Source of the DNA: an uncultured Bacilli bacterium | GTDB lineage: Bacteria > Bacillota_I > Bacilli_A > ML615J-28 > CAG-698 | NCBI GenBank assembly: GCA_947627195.1 | Contig: CANQVC010000001.1 | Span: 28,618-92,617, forward strand | Length of the DNA: 64,000 nucleotides | Direction: 5' to 3' | Shown: positions 1-10,817 of the stretch, piece by piece | Numbering within the stretch: the first letter of the stretch is position 1 | Layout of the letters: every line of letters begins with the position of its first letter | Translations under genes and position numbers: made by a program | The notes under the pieces: generated by a model | The model's database searches: none | Seen by the model: only the letters and a program-made list of their open reading frames with translations | Told to the model about the DNA's origin: nothing

Positions 1-2
1 TA

Positions 3-3000
3 GAACTAAATAATGGTCGTAAATCTAATTATCATGGTATCTATAATTTAACATTAAATGAAGGATCCTCTAATTTAGGATACCATTCATATGGATTATT
101 CCCTTATTTAAGTGGAACTGTTAGAAATATAAATTTAGTAAATGCGAAAATAGAAATTACTGACATTAATGAATTAAATAAAACAGATATTAATACAATT
201 GGTTTTATTAGTGGAAAATTAGAAAAAGGAACAATTTCCAATGTTAATGTAGTAGGAAATATTTCTTTGAAATATCCAACAGAAATTGGTGCTACATATG
301 TCGGAGGAATTGTTGGATATGGTAATGGTGGTACAATTGAAAATTGTACAACAAATGGTCAAATAGATGGTAGTACCCAAATAGTTACCCCAAATAATTA
401 TAATGATACTAGATATAATAATATATATAGTGTTATTGGGGGAATTATTGGTTATAATGATAATGTTGCTAATTTAAAGAATTGTTTGAATACAATGGAA
501 ATAATAGCAATGAAATTCAATAATGAAACATCTAGAACAATATACCAATATGTTGGTGGATGTATGGGTTATGGAACAACTATTGAATGTTCTAAACTTG
601 CTAACTATGGTAATATTGAAGTAGGAGAAGATGGTGTAACTAATCAATATTTTGGCACTAATTTTATTGGTGGTGTTATTGGTTGTACAACAGGTGGCAC
701 AAGTCCAGTTGGTTCTATGATTAATGTTGGAGCAATTAATTATTATTTATCACATGCCCAAACTTATCCATCAGGTGGAATAACATCTTATGGAACTTAT
801 AAAAGTGGACTTGATAATTTAAATCACGTATCAGGTGTTTTAAATTTATATCAAGTAATGGATATGGAATATTATGGATTATCATCTGCAAGTAATTTAA
901 ATATTACTAGTAATATAATTACCTCTAATAATGAAGGTATATCGACATCAACTATCATTAATGTTGCAGGTGTATTATATGCATATCAATCAAAAGTAAC
1001 TCTTACAGGAGTGTACAATTTAAATGAAACTTATGAATTAACAAATGATACAAGTGAAATATATAAAGCAAATCCATTAGAAAAACAAATTATTGATATT
1101 TCTATTATTAATGAATATGCTCCATGTGTTGTAACAACAGGTGGAGATCAAGATCATATAGTAACAATTAAACAAAGTTACAATGAAAAAGAAATTGAAT
1201 ATAATCCAACTACAACAGTTAGTGCAAATGATTTAAAATTATCAGGTAACTGTTCTGGAACATTTCAAACAATGGAAAATGTTCGTAACGAGGGTAATAT
1301 TACTGTTAATTTCGATCAAAATACCGATACAAAATTAAATGATGGTTATTCAACGACACGTGATTATAAAAAATTAAAATTATTCGGTATATTAGAAGAA
1401 GTAAGTATGGGTTGTACCATTAAAAATGTTTATAATGGTGGTGACCTTGAACTTTATACAACTAATAATAATATTTATTTTAATGTTTATGTTACTGGAA
1501 TATGTTATAAAAATGCTAATACATTAAATTCAGAACCATCTGAAAATTTAATTATATCATCAACAAGAGAAGGTTCAATTCATAACTGTATTAATAATGG
1601 TGATATAACTATTCATGGAAATGGTACAAGTAATGCAGCTCATTTTTATGGCGTTAGTCGTGTTGGAGGAATTACAGGTATTAATGCAGGACTTATATCA
1701 ACATGTTATAATTTAGGCGATGTTTATAATTGTAATACGACAACACGTCCTGGTAGTACTTCTGGAACTTATTCAGCATCTGATTTTGAAATGGAAACAG
1801 GAGGCATCTGTTTCTTAATGTTAGATGAAGCTGCGCAAATAATGGATTCAGCTAATAATGGTAATATTTATTCGGTAGCTGTTGGTAGCCAATTAGTGTA
1901 TGTTAATGCGGCTGGTATTGCTGTTCGTAATGAAAAAAACGAAGCTGGTAACGATAAGAGTGATAATGAGACAGGTTATAATGTTCATGCCAGTCGTCAA
2001 AAAATTGAATTTACAATTAATTATGGTAATGTTTATGCTTATAATGGTTATTACTCATCTGATAATGCTACTAGTGAATATGAACCAAAGTGTAAAGCAG
2101 CTGGATTCTTGTGTTTAGGCGTATGCAATATTGTTAACTGTATTAATTATGGTAATGTTTACGGTACTAAAGTAGTTGGTGGACTATATGGTTTAGTATT
2201 TATATATAAATTTGATGATGAAATGGCTACTGACTCAAGACAAGGTATTTATGTTTATATTGCTAACTCAATTAATTATGGGGAAATAAAAACAATACCT
2301 AATACAGTTGTAACCAAAGAAAATGCTGCTACATTAACTAAAACATCTCATAAAGATGGAAGTTATCCATGCGGAGCTTTAATTGGTTATATTGCTGCCC
2401 CTAACGGAGGTTCATTAGAAGTTTCTAATGTATTAACATATATGAAAATAAGTTACTTAGTAAACTTAGTTGATGATGTTAATATTGTCGGTCGTGCATA
2501 TAGGATTAATTCCACAAATAATGAAGCTAATAGAACAGCTATTAGTGAAGCTATTGCATATATGGCAACTACTGCTGATGAAGATACATCTCCAGCACCA
2601 TTTAATGCAACGTTAGGTGGAAATCAATATCATATTAAATCTTATTCAAAAGATGTTGCAGAACCAAATCCTGATGCAACACCAGAATATTCCAAAGCTC
2701 ATAATGGTGGTATTTTTAATGAAAAATATCCATTAAGAACAAAACCAGAAAATGACCCAACATTTGATAGTATTGCCTCAAACCAATATATTTATGACTA
2801 TATTCAATTCGTTCCATATAGTAAAGTTAATGAATACTTAGCTGATAAAATAGGTTTAACAGCAACTATTTACCAAACAGCATTAGATGCATTAATGAAA
2901 GATGTGGAAGGAACAATTCAAGTATTTGATGCATTAATGAGTGATGATGTAATTAATCAAGTTTATGACAGTATAACATCAAGTAATTTATATCAAAACT

Positions 3001-6000
3001 TTTTAAATTCTAAAGATGCTGTACTTACAGCATTAAATGAATTAATTAAAAAGAATCCAAATCATATAACTACTTATTTTACAGATTTTACACAAGATGA
3101 TAATATTTTAAGTTTATATTTATCTGATGAAACTGCACTAGATACTTTATTACAAACAACATTTATTAATAGAGATTTTAATAATGATCAATTAAATGAA
3201 TTATTTAATCAAATAATGAATAATCAAGAATTATTAACTCTATTATGTAATAAATATCCTGATACAATGTCTAAGATATTAAATGAATTTATTAATAATG
3301 CAACAAGTGAACAATTAAATCAATTATATACAACAATCTCAACTACTACATTATTTGAAGATATTTTAGAAAATGTTTCTATGACAAGTTTAGAAAACAT
3401 TCTTACAATATTATTTGATAATGTAAGTGATGAAATTATTGAAAATATTTATAATTCAATTAAAGATACTAATTTAGATCAAACAATTCAAGATAGAATT
3501 GAAGCCTTAGTAAGTCCTAATATTGAAAACCAATATCAAATTACTATAAATTCTAATGAATTTACTAATGATATTTCTCAAGAATTATTTACTTATTTAG
3601 AAGAAAATAATCCTGATGTTTATGAAAAAATTGTTTTATATATTCAAACAAATTTATTTAATGAAATGATAAATAAATTAAGTAATATACAAATAGAATC
3701 ATTATGGAATAGTTTTGTTTTAGATGATAGTGCATCTCAATATTGGGAAAATATTATAAATACTGACGGATATTATTATTATCCAGTAGATGAAAATATT
3801 TATCTTGCTCGTTTGAATGATTATTATATGGATGATGCAGCTGGTACTAATTTTACTGGTGATTATTATTATGACAATGGTTATAAAACAATAGAATCAT
3901 TAATAACATCAAATAATAATTATTATTCTATAACAGTTAGTAGTGGATCTAATTATAATTACAATAATAATGTTTTTACATCATCAGCTTGGAATGGCAA
4001 TTATAGTATTACTCAGTCAAATACTCTTGGTAATGGTGTAGTATGGCAAAGGGGTACATCAGGATTATTTGGAACAACTACCACATATACAAAAATAAAT
4101 CAAGGTACTCACACTAGACTAGAAAAAACTACTGATATTAAAGCTAATAATGATATAACTATTAATAATAAAATCACTATTATTAAAGAATTGTTTAATC
4201 AAATGTATCAAAAAGATTCAAGTTTTGGTATTTACATTTCAAATCAAGATGGTATCTTGGAGCAAATTTTAAGTAATCCAGATATTGTGAAAGAAGCAAT
4301 AATTAATACTTCATTAACATCTAATGATAGAAAAGTAATCTTATCTTATTTATCTGAAAATCCTGACTTTACTTATACATTTAGTTATTTATTAAATGAT
4401 AGTAGTCTACGTTATTTATATGAAACAATAATTGCAAATGTAAGTGATGATATTATTCTAAATCTAAAGCAACTAGAAATATCATCAAGTTCATTACAAA
4501 TTATAACAAATTATTTAAATCAAAAATATAATGTTACAATTACTAATGCAACAGTAGAACAATATAAAGATGCTTTACTTAATGCTAATAATTTAAGTAA
4601 AGAAAGTATGGTAAATATGATTAGCTATATAGCTAGTCAAGATACAACTCAAAAACAAATAATTGTTGATGAAATAAATAAAAAAGATGCAACAACTAGA
4701 GAAGAAATGATTCATGAAATATTACTTAAGAGTTATGAAGATAAAACAGGTCAAACATTAGATACTAAAGTAATTGATGAAGTAATAAATAGTTTATCTG
4801 ATAATCAAACTCTTCAAGAAGAAAAAGAGAAATATTTAATTCAATATTTCTTTGATGCAAGTAATAATGAAAAAGTATCAATTTTAGAAGAAATTGTTTT
4901 AAATATAAAATATGATAATACAATTGAAACTAAAAAAGAAGTTGTTGAAAAAGGTGCTTTAAATAATAAAGACATATTAAAAGTTTTATTCCAAGAAATT
5001 GAATTTACTGATGAAGAAAAAACATCAATAATTCGTCAATTATTAGAATCACATCCGGAATATTTTGATATCTTAGTTCAAGATAATGCCTTTACAGTTG
5101 AAGAAAAAATAATTATCTTAGCTAGTATTTGTCAAGCAAATGACACTTTATTTAAAGATATCTTAGAAGGAAAATATAATAGTGGCTTAAGTTATAATTT
5201 AAGTAATGATAATACTTTAAAAGAAAATGTTGAAAAGATGTTTGCTGATGTCAAAGAAAAAGATCCATCATTTGATGGAACTAAATATACTGATAATACA
5301 GGTATTTATGCATTAGCAAGTTCTAGTGGTATTTTGAATGGTGAATTTATTCCTGATAACATGGATTTAAGTCAATTAGACCCAATTACTGACGCTACAG
5401 ATGAATTACCTAAAACTGATTCATCATGGCGTGGTGGCAATAACATGAATCCTAATGCTTATCCTGAACAAAATAAAGAAAAATATGTTAATTATCGTGT
5501 TTATTACATGATGAAACAATTAAAGAAATCTATAGCCACAAATATTTTTGAAATAGAACTTGTTGGTGTAGATGAAACAGATACCGATTTATCAACAGCA
5601 GATGAAACATATTTAGTAAATACATCTAGTGATGAAATACATTTAGATACTCATGAAGTACATTTCTATATACCATATGGATCTGATGAATTTAATCATC
5701 GTTTCTTTAAAGTATATAATCAAGAAGGACATTTCCAATTATCAAGTGGTGCATCATTCATACCATCTTCAATTTTATTAATTGAAATTCCTGAAGATGC
5801 TAATGTTGGTGACATTATTCAAACAACAATTACCGTTCAAGCCGAAGATGAAACAGTAACAAGAGAATATACAATTTATATTCATATCACAGAAAAGAAG
5901 AGTGGTACAATAACATCAATTTATACTAATGATACTCTTGTACCAACTAATAATTATCAATTATCTAATAACAGAACAAGTGCTGTTGTTTATGAAACTA

Positions 6001-8243
6001 GAAGTGTTCAAGCTTTAAATGGAACATTAGAAGTTAACTTTGATATGGTTAACATTGCTAATTATACTGATTTAAAATCATCAATTAAATTATATCGTGC
6101 TAGCTTGCAAGATGATTCAATTAATTTTAATGTTGATGAAGAACCTCTATATTCAATAACTGAAGAAGTAGATGGTGTAGATATTAATACCACAAATTCA
6201 TTTGTTGAATTTAGAATTGTTCAAGATGAAAACATTGCTTTATCAAATATAAATGGTACTATTATAAATGCTGTTTATGATACTTTAACATCAACATGGA
6301 ATAATGGAACATTAAAAATAAGTTTAAGATTTGCGGATAAACTTCCAAGTGGATGGTATGTATTACAATTAAAATTGACAACATCAGATATTTATAATGT
6401 TAAATTCTATCGTTCACCTAATAGCAATAATTCTATTACATCATTAGCTTATAAAGGAAATGAAGCAGATATTGATGAAGCAAATCATACAATAACTTCT
6501 AAAATCCCTTATGGATATGAAATACGTGAAGAAGAATTTGGTAATTATAAAGGTATTTATCAAGCTGATGAACTTAAAAATGAAGATGGAAGTTGTAAAA
6601 TAGGTTATTTAGATTCTATTGTTATATCACCAAGAGCTCAAATAGAAATTAGTGAAATTGCTATTACAAATGAAGGAAAATACAAAGAATATCAAATAAC
6701 ATATATTGTTACATCAGAAACAAATGGACAACCACAAATATATCATCACATCTTACAAGAAGAACAAGTAGAACCAGTATTAATAAGTTCAGTTTATCAA
6801 GATGGTTCAGATGTAACTCAAAATGATAAAAATTCTTTTAATGATTCATTTACCAAAGATAAAACACCAACATATTTAATTACATATGAACTAACAAATA
6901 TCTTCTTTAAAGAAGGAGCTCAAACTTATCTAAAAGTTAGTTGTGATGTATTGGATACAGAAGGAATTTATTATAGTATCAATATAACTGATGGTTCAGG
7001 ATTTGAAATTTCATTTTATGAACAAGCCCCATCACAAACATATACATTTACTGTTACTTACCAAAAAGATGTTGAATATAATCAAGAAACAACATTACAT
7101 TGGGGTGATAATGAAGCAAGAACAGTAAGATTTGCTGAAGTTATCATTACTAAAGAAAAGAATACTAATAGTAGAATTACTAATGCTGTATTTATAAGTG
7201 ATTCAGTACTTTCAAATATTGATACAATAGTTCATACCGAACAAGTTGTTATTGATAATAGTACTGATGGAGCAAAAAATCCTAACTCATATGAATATTT
7301 ATTATCTAATGATCGTGAAATTGTTGTATTACCTAACCAAATTTATTATAACAATGTTCCAGATTCAGTTAAAGAATTTTGGATTATTGGTATAGTTGAT
7401 AGAACAAATCTAGAAAATTATACCCCACATTTTGAATTACCAGAAGATGCAACAATTTATAAAATTAAAACAATTGAAGATACAGTATATCGTTATGCAA
7501 GTTATTTATCAAATGATACAACATCTATTTATTTAGTATCAGAAGATGGTAGCAAAGTTTGTATGGAAGATGGAACACCAATTGAATTCACTGGTGATCC
7601 TTATAGTGAATTAGTAATTGATGGTACTACTTATACATTCCAAGAAACAAATGGAACACCAAATGATATAACAATGACTGATGATTTCAATGCAACTATT
7701 GGTAGTGATGGTCAAGAACAATTTAATTATGTTGATTATCGTGTTTATAGTGAAGCATGGATAGATGATAATCAATATCATACTGATTATCATGTAGCAG
7801 TAAAAGATAAATCAAATGTAATTCGTTTTGATATTACTGTTAGATTTAAAGATGAAAATATTAAGGCTCAAGCAAATAATGATAATTTAAAATGGATTTC
7901 TATGACATTTGATAATTATGAAGCAAGTGTTACAGCAGGAAATGTTACTTATTCTGAAACAATAACTAATCGTATGACAATGTTTAGTTATGTTAGTGAT
8001 GATTTAGAATTGACTCATAACAATTTTGCTACCAACATTGCAGGACGTTATGTCATTAACATTGAAATGCCAAAAGGTTATACATTCTCAATTGTCTTAA
8101 TAGATAAAGGTCAAACCCAAAATATTGAAGGTAATGTCTTAGAACTAGGTACATCAATTGTAACTAGAACAGTATATGTTGATATTATAATTGATTATAG
8201 TCCTGTAACTTTACCATGGGGACAACATTTAGAAAAATATTAA
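3..8243 (+). CDS. Giant secreted/surface protein, 5'-truncated by the window edge (GLUG-type repeats, long helical middle, Ig-like C-terminal modules)
   Basis: The frame is open from nt 3, with no stop before the ORF-track TTG at 267, so the gene starts upstream. The N-part carries many xxGG(I/L)xGxxxxGxIxNCxNxGxI units (YVGGIVGYGNGGTIENCTTNG, RVGGITGINAGLISTCYNLG). The middle is an N/L/E/Q-rich helical stretch. The C-part is beta-rich. There is no LPXTG or C-terminal TM. Confidence 0.8.
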   Translation, partial: ELNNGRKSNYHGIYNLTLNEGSSNLGYHSYGLFPYLSGTVRNINLVNAKIEITDINELNKTDINTIGFISGKLEKGTISNVNVVGNISLKYPTEIGATYVGGIVGYGNGGTIENCTTNGQIDGSTQIVTPNNYNDTRYNNIYSVIGGIIGYNDNVANLKNCLNTMEIIAMKFNNETSRTIYQYVGGCMGYGTTIECSKLANYGNIEVGEDGVTNQYFGTNFIGGVIGCTTGGTSPVGSMINVGAINYYLSHAQTYPSGGITSYGTYKSGLDNLNHVSGVLNLYQVMDMEYYGLSSASNLNITSNIITSNNEGISTSTIINVAGVLYAYQSKVTLTGVYNLNETYELTNDTSEIYKANPLEKQIIDISIINEYAPCVVTTGGDQDHIVTIKQSYNEKEIEYNPTTTVSANDLKLSGNCSGTFQTMENVRNEGNITVNFDQNTDTKLNDGYSTTRDYKKLKLFGILEEVSMGCTIKNVYNGGDLELYTTNNNIYFNVYVTGICYKNANTLNSEPSENLIISSTREGSIHNCINNGDITIHGNGTSNAAHFYGVSRVGGITGINAGLISTCYNLGDVYNCNTTTRPGSTSGTYSASDFEMETGGICFLMLDEAAQIMDSANNGNIYSVAVGSQLVYVNAAGIAVRNEKNEAGNDKSDNETGYNVHASRQKIEFTINYGNVYAYNGYYSSDNATSEYEPKCKAAGFLCLGVCNIVNCINYGNVYGTKVVGGLYGLVFIYKFDDEMATDSRQGIYVYIANSINYGEIKTIPNTVVTKENAATLTKTSHKDGSYPCGALIGYIAAPNGGSLEVSNVLTYMKISYLVNLVDDVNIVGRAYRINSTNNEANRTAISEAIAYMATTADEDTSPAPFNATLGGNQYHIKSYSKDVAEPNPDATPEYSKAHNGGIFNEKYPLRTKPENDPTFDSIASNQYIYDYIQFVPYSKVNEYLADKIGLTATIYQTALDALMKDVEGTIQVFDALMSDDVINQVYDSITSSNLYQNFLNSKDAVLTALNELIKKNPNHITTYFTDFTQDDNILSLYLSDETALDTLLQTTFINRDFNNDQLNELFNQIMNNQELLTLLCNKYPDTMSKILNEFINNATSEQLNQLYTTISTTTLFEDILENVSMTSLENILTILFDNVSDEIIENIYNSIKDTNLDQTIQDRIEALVSPNIENQYQITINSNEFTNDISQELFTYLEENNPDVYEKIVLYIQTNLFNEMINKLSNIQIESLWNSFVLDDSASQYWENIINTDGYYYYPVDENIYLARLNDYYMDDAAGTNFTGDYYYDNGYKTIESLITSNNNYYSITVSSGSNYNYNNNVFTSSAWNGNYSITQSNTLGNGVVWQRGTSGLFGTTTTYTKINQGTHTRLEKTTDIKANNDITINNKITIIKELFNQMYQKDSSFGIYISNQDGILEQILSNPDIVKEAIINTSLTSNDRKVILSYLSENPDFTYTFSYLLNDSSLRYLYETIIANVSDDIILNLKQLEISSSSLQIITNYLNQKYNVTITNATVEQYKDALLNANNLSKESMVNMISYIASQDTTQKQIIVDEINKKDATTREEMIHEILLKSYEDKTGQTLDTKVIDEVINSLSDNQTLQEEKEKYLIQYFFDASNNEKVSILEEIVLNIKYDNTIETKKEVVEKGALNNKDILKVLFQEIEFTDEEKTSIIRQLLESHPEYFDILVQDNAFTVEEKIIILASICQANDTLFKDILEGKYNSGLSYNLSNDNTLKENVEKMFADVKEKDPSFDGTKYTDNTGIYALASSSGILNGEFIPDNMDLSQLDPITDATDELPKTDSSWRGGNNMNPNAYPEQNKEKYVNYRVYYMMKQLKKSIATNIFEIELVGVDETDTDLSTADETYLVNTSSDEIHLDTHEVHFYIPYGSDEFNHRFFKVYNQEGHFQLSSGASFIPSSILLIEIPEDANVGDIIQTTITVQAEDETVTREYTIYIHITEKKSGTITSIYTNDTLVPTNNYQLSNNRTSAVVYETRSVQALNGTLEVNFDMVNIANYTDLKSSIKLYRASLQDDSINFNVDEEPLYSITEEVDGVDINTTNSFVEFRIVQDENIALSNINGTIINAVYDTLTSTWNNGTLKISLRFADKLPSGWYVLQLKLTTSDIYNVKFYRSPNSNNSITSLAYKGNEADIDEANHTITSKIPYGYEIREEEFGNYKGIYQADELKNEDGSCKIGYLDSIVISPRAQIEISEIAITNEGKYKEYQITYIVTSETNGQPQIYHHILQEEQVEPVLISSVYQDGSDVTQNDKNSFNDSFTKDKTPTYLITYELTNIFFKEGAQTYLKVSCDVLDTEGIYYSINITDGSGFEISFYEQAPSQTYTFTVTYQKDVEYNQETTLHWGDNEARTVRFAEVIITKEKNTNSRITNAVFISDSVLSNIDTIVHTEQVVIDNSTDGAKNPNSYEYLLSNDREIVVLPNQIYYNNVPDSVKEFWIIGIVDRTNLENYTPHFELPEDATIYKIKTIEDTVYRYASYLSNDTTSIYLVSEDGSKVCMEDGTPIEFTGDPYSELVIDGTTYTFQETNGTPNDITMTDDFNATIGSDGQEQFNYVDYRVYSEAWIDDNQYHTDYHVAVKDKSNVIRFDITVRFKDENIKAQANNDNLKWISMTFDNYEASVTAGNVTYSETITNRMTMFSYVSDDLELTHNNFATNIAGRYVINIEMPKGYTFSIVLIDKGQTQNIEGNVLELGTSIVTRTVYVDIIIDYSPVTLPWGQHLEKY

Positions 8244-8256
8244 TGATTAAATATTT

Positions 8257-8305
8257 AGGAATAAAGAATAAAAAAATTATATAAATAAAAATATTCTTTA
8301 TTCCT
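8257..8305. repeat. Perfect 14-bp inverted repeat (aggaataaagaata / tattctttattcct) with a 21-nt A-rich loop
   Basis: Read directly from the sequence. It lies between the giant gene stop (8243) and the RBS of the next gene. No U-tract follows it, so it is not a canonical intrinsic terminator. Confidence 0.7.
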
Positions 8306-8330
8306 CATCTATTATTAATGAAGGAGGAAT

Positions 8331-10811
8331 ATGGAAAAACTTAAAGTAAGAGTAACACTTATTATTGTTTTTATTTTACTTACAATCATTACAGCTTTTA
8401 CTCTTTTCTATAATATGTATATCCAACAATTCTTTTCGGATATTAATCATGATATATTTATTCATCAAATTGAATCATATTCTGATCAAATAAATATAAA
8501 AATAGAAGAAGAAAGAAAAGAATTACAAAGAAAAGTAAATGATTATTTAAATCAAAACAAAACAACTGAAGAAATAATGAGTGTAGATGAATTAAAAAAT
8601 AATTATCAAATTATAATTTATCAAGAAGAAAATATTCTTCCCTCTGTTAAAAATAATTTTTTATTAGAATCTTATTTTATTGGATATGAAAAAAATATTT
8701 TCACCAATTATTCTTCAAATGAAAGTATTATTATATATCCAATAGAAACAAATGATGAAACAATATTATTTATTCATCCTGTATTTGAATTTATTGAAGA
8801 AATAACCAAACAAAATAGTTATAATGGTTCATATTTTATTGTCACATCAGAAATGGATACTGTATATCAAAAAGAATATTCATCATTAGGCTTTGATGAA
8901 TATATAGGTAAACCAAGATATTCATTTACTCAAAATGAAGAACATTATGAAAAAGATAGTGTCGATGGTAAAAGTTCATATGTCTATTTTGATACAATTG
9001 ATAATTCCTTAGAAACAGATCGTATATATTATTTAGTAGTTGTCTATTTAACAAAAACTCTAAAATCATCATATAAATCTGTTACAATATTTTCAATTGT
9101 ATATGCATTATTTGCCATTGGTTGTGCGATTCTTTGTGCATGGGGTGGTTATAAAGTAATTGAACATCGTACTGAAGATTTCTTAAGAACTTCATTTACA
9201 TATCGTCGTAATAAGAAAATAATAATTAAAATAACTAAAAATGGTAAGATTTGTCGAAAGAATTATGTTGCAAATCAATCTATTTTAGGAATGAAAAAAG
9301 CTAAATATTTAGAAAATATTTTAGTATATCAACCAATTGAACAAGTAATGGAAAAAATTCATGATCAAGATACATTTGAAATAACTGTTAAAGATCATGA
9401 TAAAGAAGACATTGTTTTACTTTGTACAGTATATGCGCAATTAAAAAATTATATTTTAATTTGTCAAAATGTTACTGAAGAAAGTCATGAAAGTCAAAGA
9501 ATTAAAGCCATTGCTTGGTATAATAGTGTCACAAATCTTCCTAATTTAAATAAATTAAAAGAAGATTTAGATAATGCTTTAACTAAAATAAAAGATGAAC
9601 ATCAAGGATCTATTATAATTGTTGACATTAAAAAGTTTAGAGCAATAAATCGTGTCTTTGGTAGAAATAATGGTGATTTAATATTACAAAAAGTTGCTGA
9701 ACAACTAGCGACATTAAGAGATGAACATATTGATTTATATCATATGGATACTGATATCTTTGTTTTATTACTTCATGATTATCTAAAAATTGAAGAAGCA
9801 ACACAAAAATCATTGCAAGATATTCGTAATATCTTTAAACAACCATTTGAAGTTAGAGGTAATTTATTATCTATTCAAATTAAAATGGGTGTATGTTATT
9901 TAGAAAAAAGTGCAATGATGAATTCAGATGTAGCTATTAAAAACGCCAAAAATGCTCTTAAGAGTGTCAAAGGTAGTAGAAATACTGATGTAGCTATATA
10001 TGATGTTAAAGTTGGACTAGCAACTTCTCAAGATACTTTAATAGAAAGTGATTTAATTAAAGGAATTCAAAATGAAGAATTTATTATGTATTATCAACCA
10101 CAATATTCTTTGATTACAAAGAAAATCGTTGGCTTTGAAGCTTTAATTCGTTGGAATAATCCTAAATATATTAAAATATCTCCTGAAACTTATATTAAAG
10201 TAGCAGAACAAAATAATATGATTATTGAAATTGGTAATTTAGCATTCCATATGATTTTCAAGAAAATGAAAGAATTAGAAGGAATGAATATTACAATGTC
10301 AATTAATGTTTCTCCAGTTCAATTATTACAAGAAGGATTTGTTCATCAATTCATTTCCTTAATTGAACAATATAAAATAAATCCTAAAATGTTAGCTGTG
10401 GAAATAACAGAAACATTCTTAATGGAATCATTTGATGAAGTTATTCATAAACTTCGTCAATTGAAAGATTATGGCATATCAATTCATTTAGATGATTTTG
10501 GTACTGGATATTCTAGTATGTTATATTTAAAAGAATTACCAATTGATGCTATTAAGATTGATAAAGAGTTTACTAAATATATTATGAATGATAAATATAG
10601 TAAAGCAATAGTTAGTAAAATAATCTCATTAACAAAAACATTAGAATTATTAGTAATTGTTGAAGGGGTTGAAACAGAAAAACAATCAGAAATGTTATCT
10701 AAATTTGGTTGTGATGTCATTCAAGGATATTTAATTGGTAAACCAATGGATGAAGAAGAAATGTTAAAAGTGATTGATAAATACAATCACCCAAATAAAG
10801 CAAAGGAGTAA
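8331..10811 (+). CDS. Membrane sensor protein: TM, extracytoplasmic domain, TM, PAS-like, degenerate GGDEF, intact EAL (predicted c-di-GMP phosphodiesterase)
   Basis: RBS GGAGGA precedes the ATG. The GGDEF position reads HMDTDIF, which is degenerate. The EAL set is complete: FEALIRW, SINVS, EITE, DDFGTGYSS, KIDK, EGVET, QGY. Confidence 0.85.
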   Translation: MEKLKVRVTLIIVFILLTIITAFTLFYNMYIQQFFSDINHDIFIHQIESYSDQINIKIEEERKELQRKVNDYLNQNKTTEEIMSVDELKNNYQIIIYQEENILPSVKNNFLLESYFIGYEKNIFTNYSSNESIIIYPIETNDETILFIHPVFEFIEEITKQNSYNGSYFIVTSEMDTVYQKEYSSLGFDEYIGKPRYSFTQNEEHYEKDSVDGKSSYVYFDTIDNSLETDRIYYLVVVYLTKTLKSSYKSVTIFSIVYALFAIGCAILCAWGGYKVIEHRTEDFLRTSFTYRRNKKIIIKITKNGKICRKNYVANQSILGMKKAKYLENILVYQPIEQVMEKIHDQDTFEITVKDHDKEDIVLLCTVYAQLKNYILICQNVTEESHESQRIKAIAWYNSVTNLPNLNKLKEDLDNALTKIKDEHQGSIIIVDIKKFRAINRVFGRNNGDLILQKVAEQLATLRDEHIDLYHMDTDIFVLLLHDYLKIEEATQKSLQDIRNIFKQPFEVRGNLLSIQIKMGVCYLEKSAMMNSDVAIKNAKNALKSVKGSRNTDVAIYDVKVGLATSQDTLIESDLIKGIQNEEFIMYYQPQYSLITKKIVGFEALIRWNNPKYIKISPETYIKVAEQNNMIIEIGNLAFHMIFKKMKELEGMNITMSINVSPVQLLQEGFVHQFISLIEQYKINPKMLAVEITETFLMESFDEVIHKLRQLKDYGISIHLDDFGTGYSSMLYLKELPIDAIKIDKEFTKYIMNDKYSKAIVSKIISLTKTLELLVIVEGVETEKQSEMLSKFGCDVIQGYLIGKPMDEEEMLKVIDKYNHPNKAKE

Positions 10812-10817
10812 AAAAAT

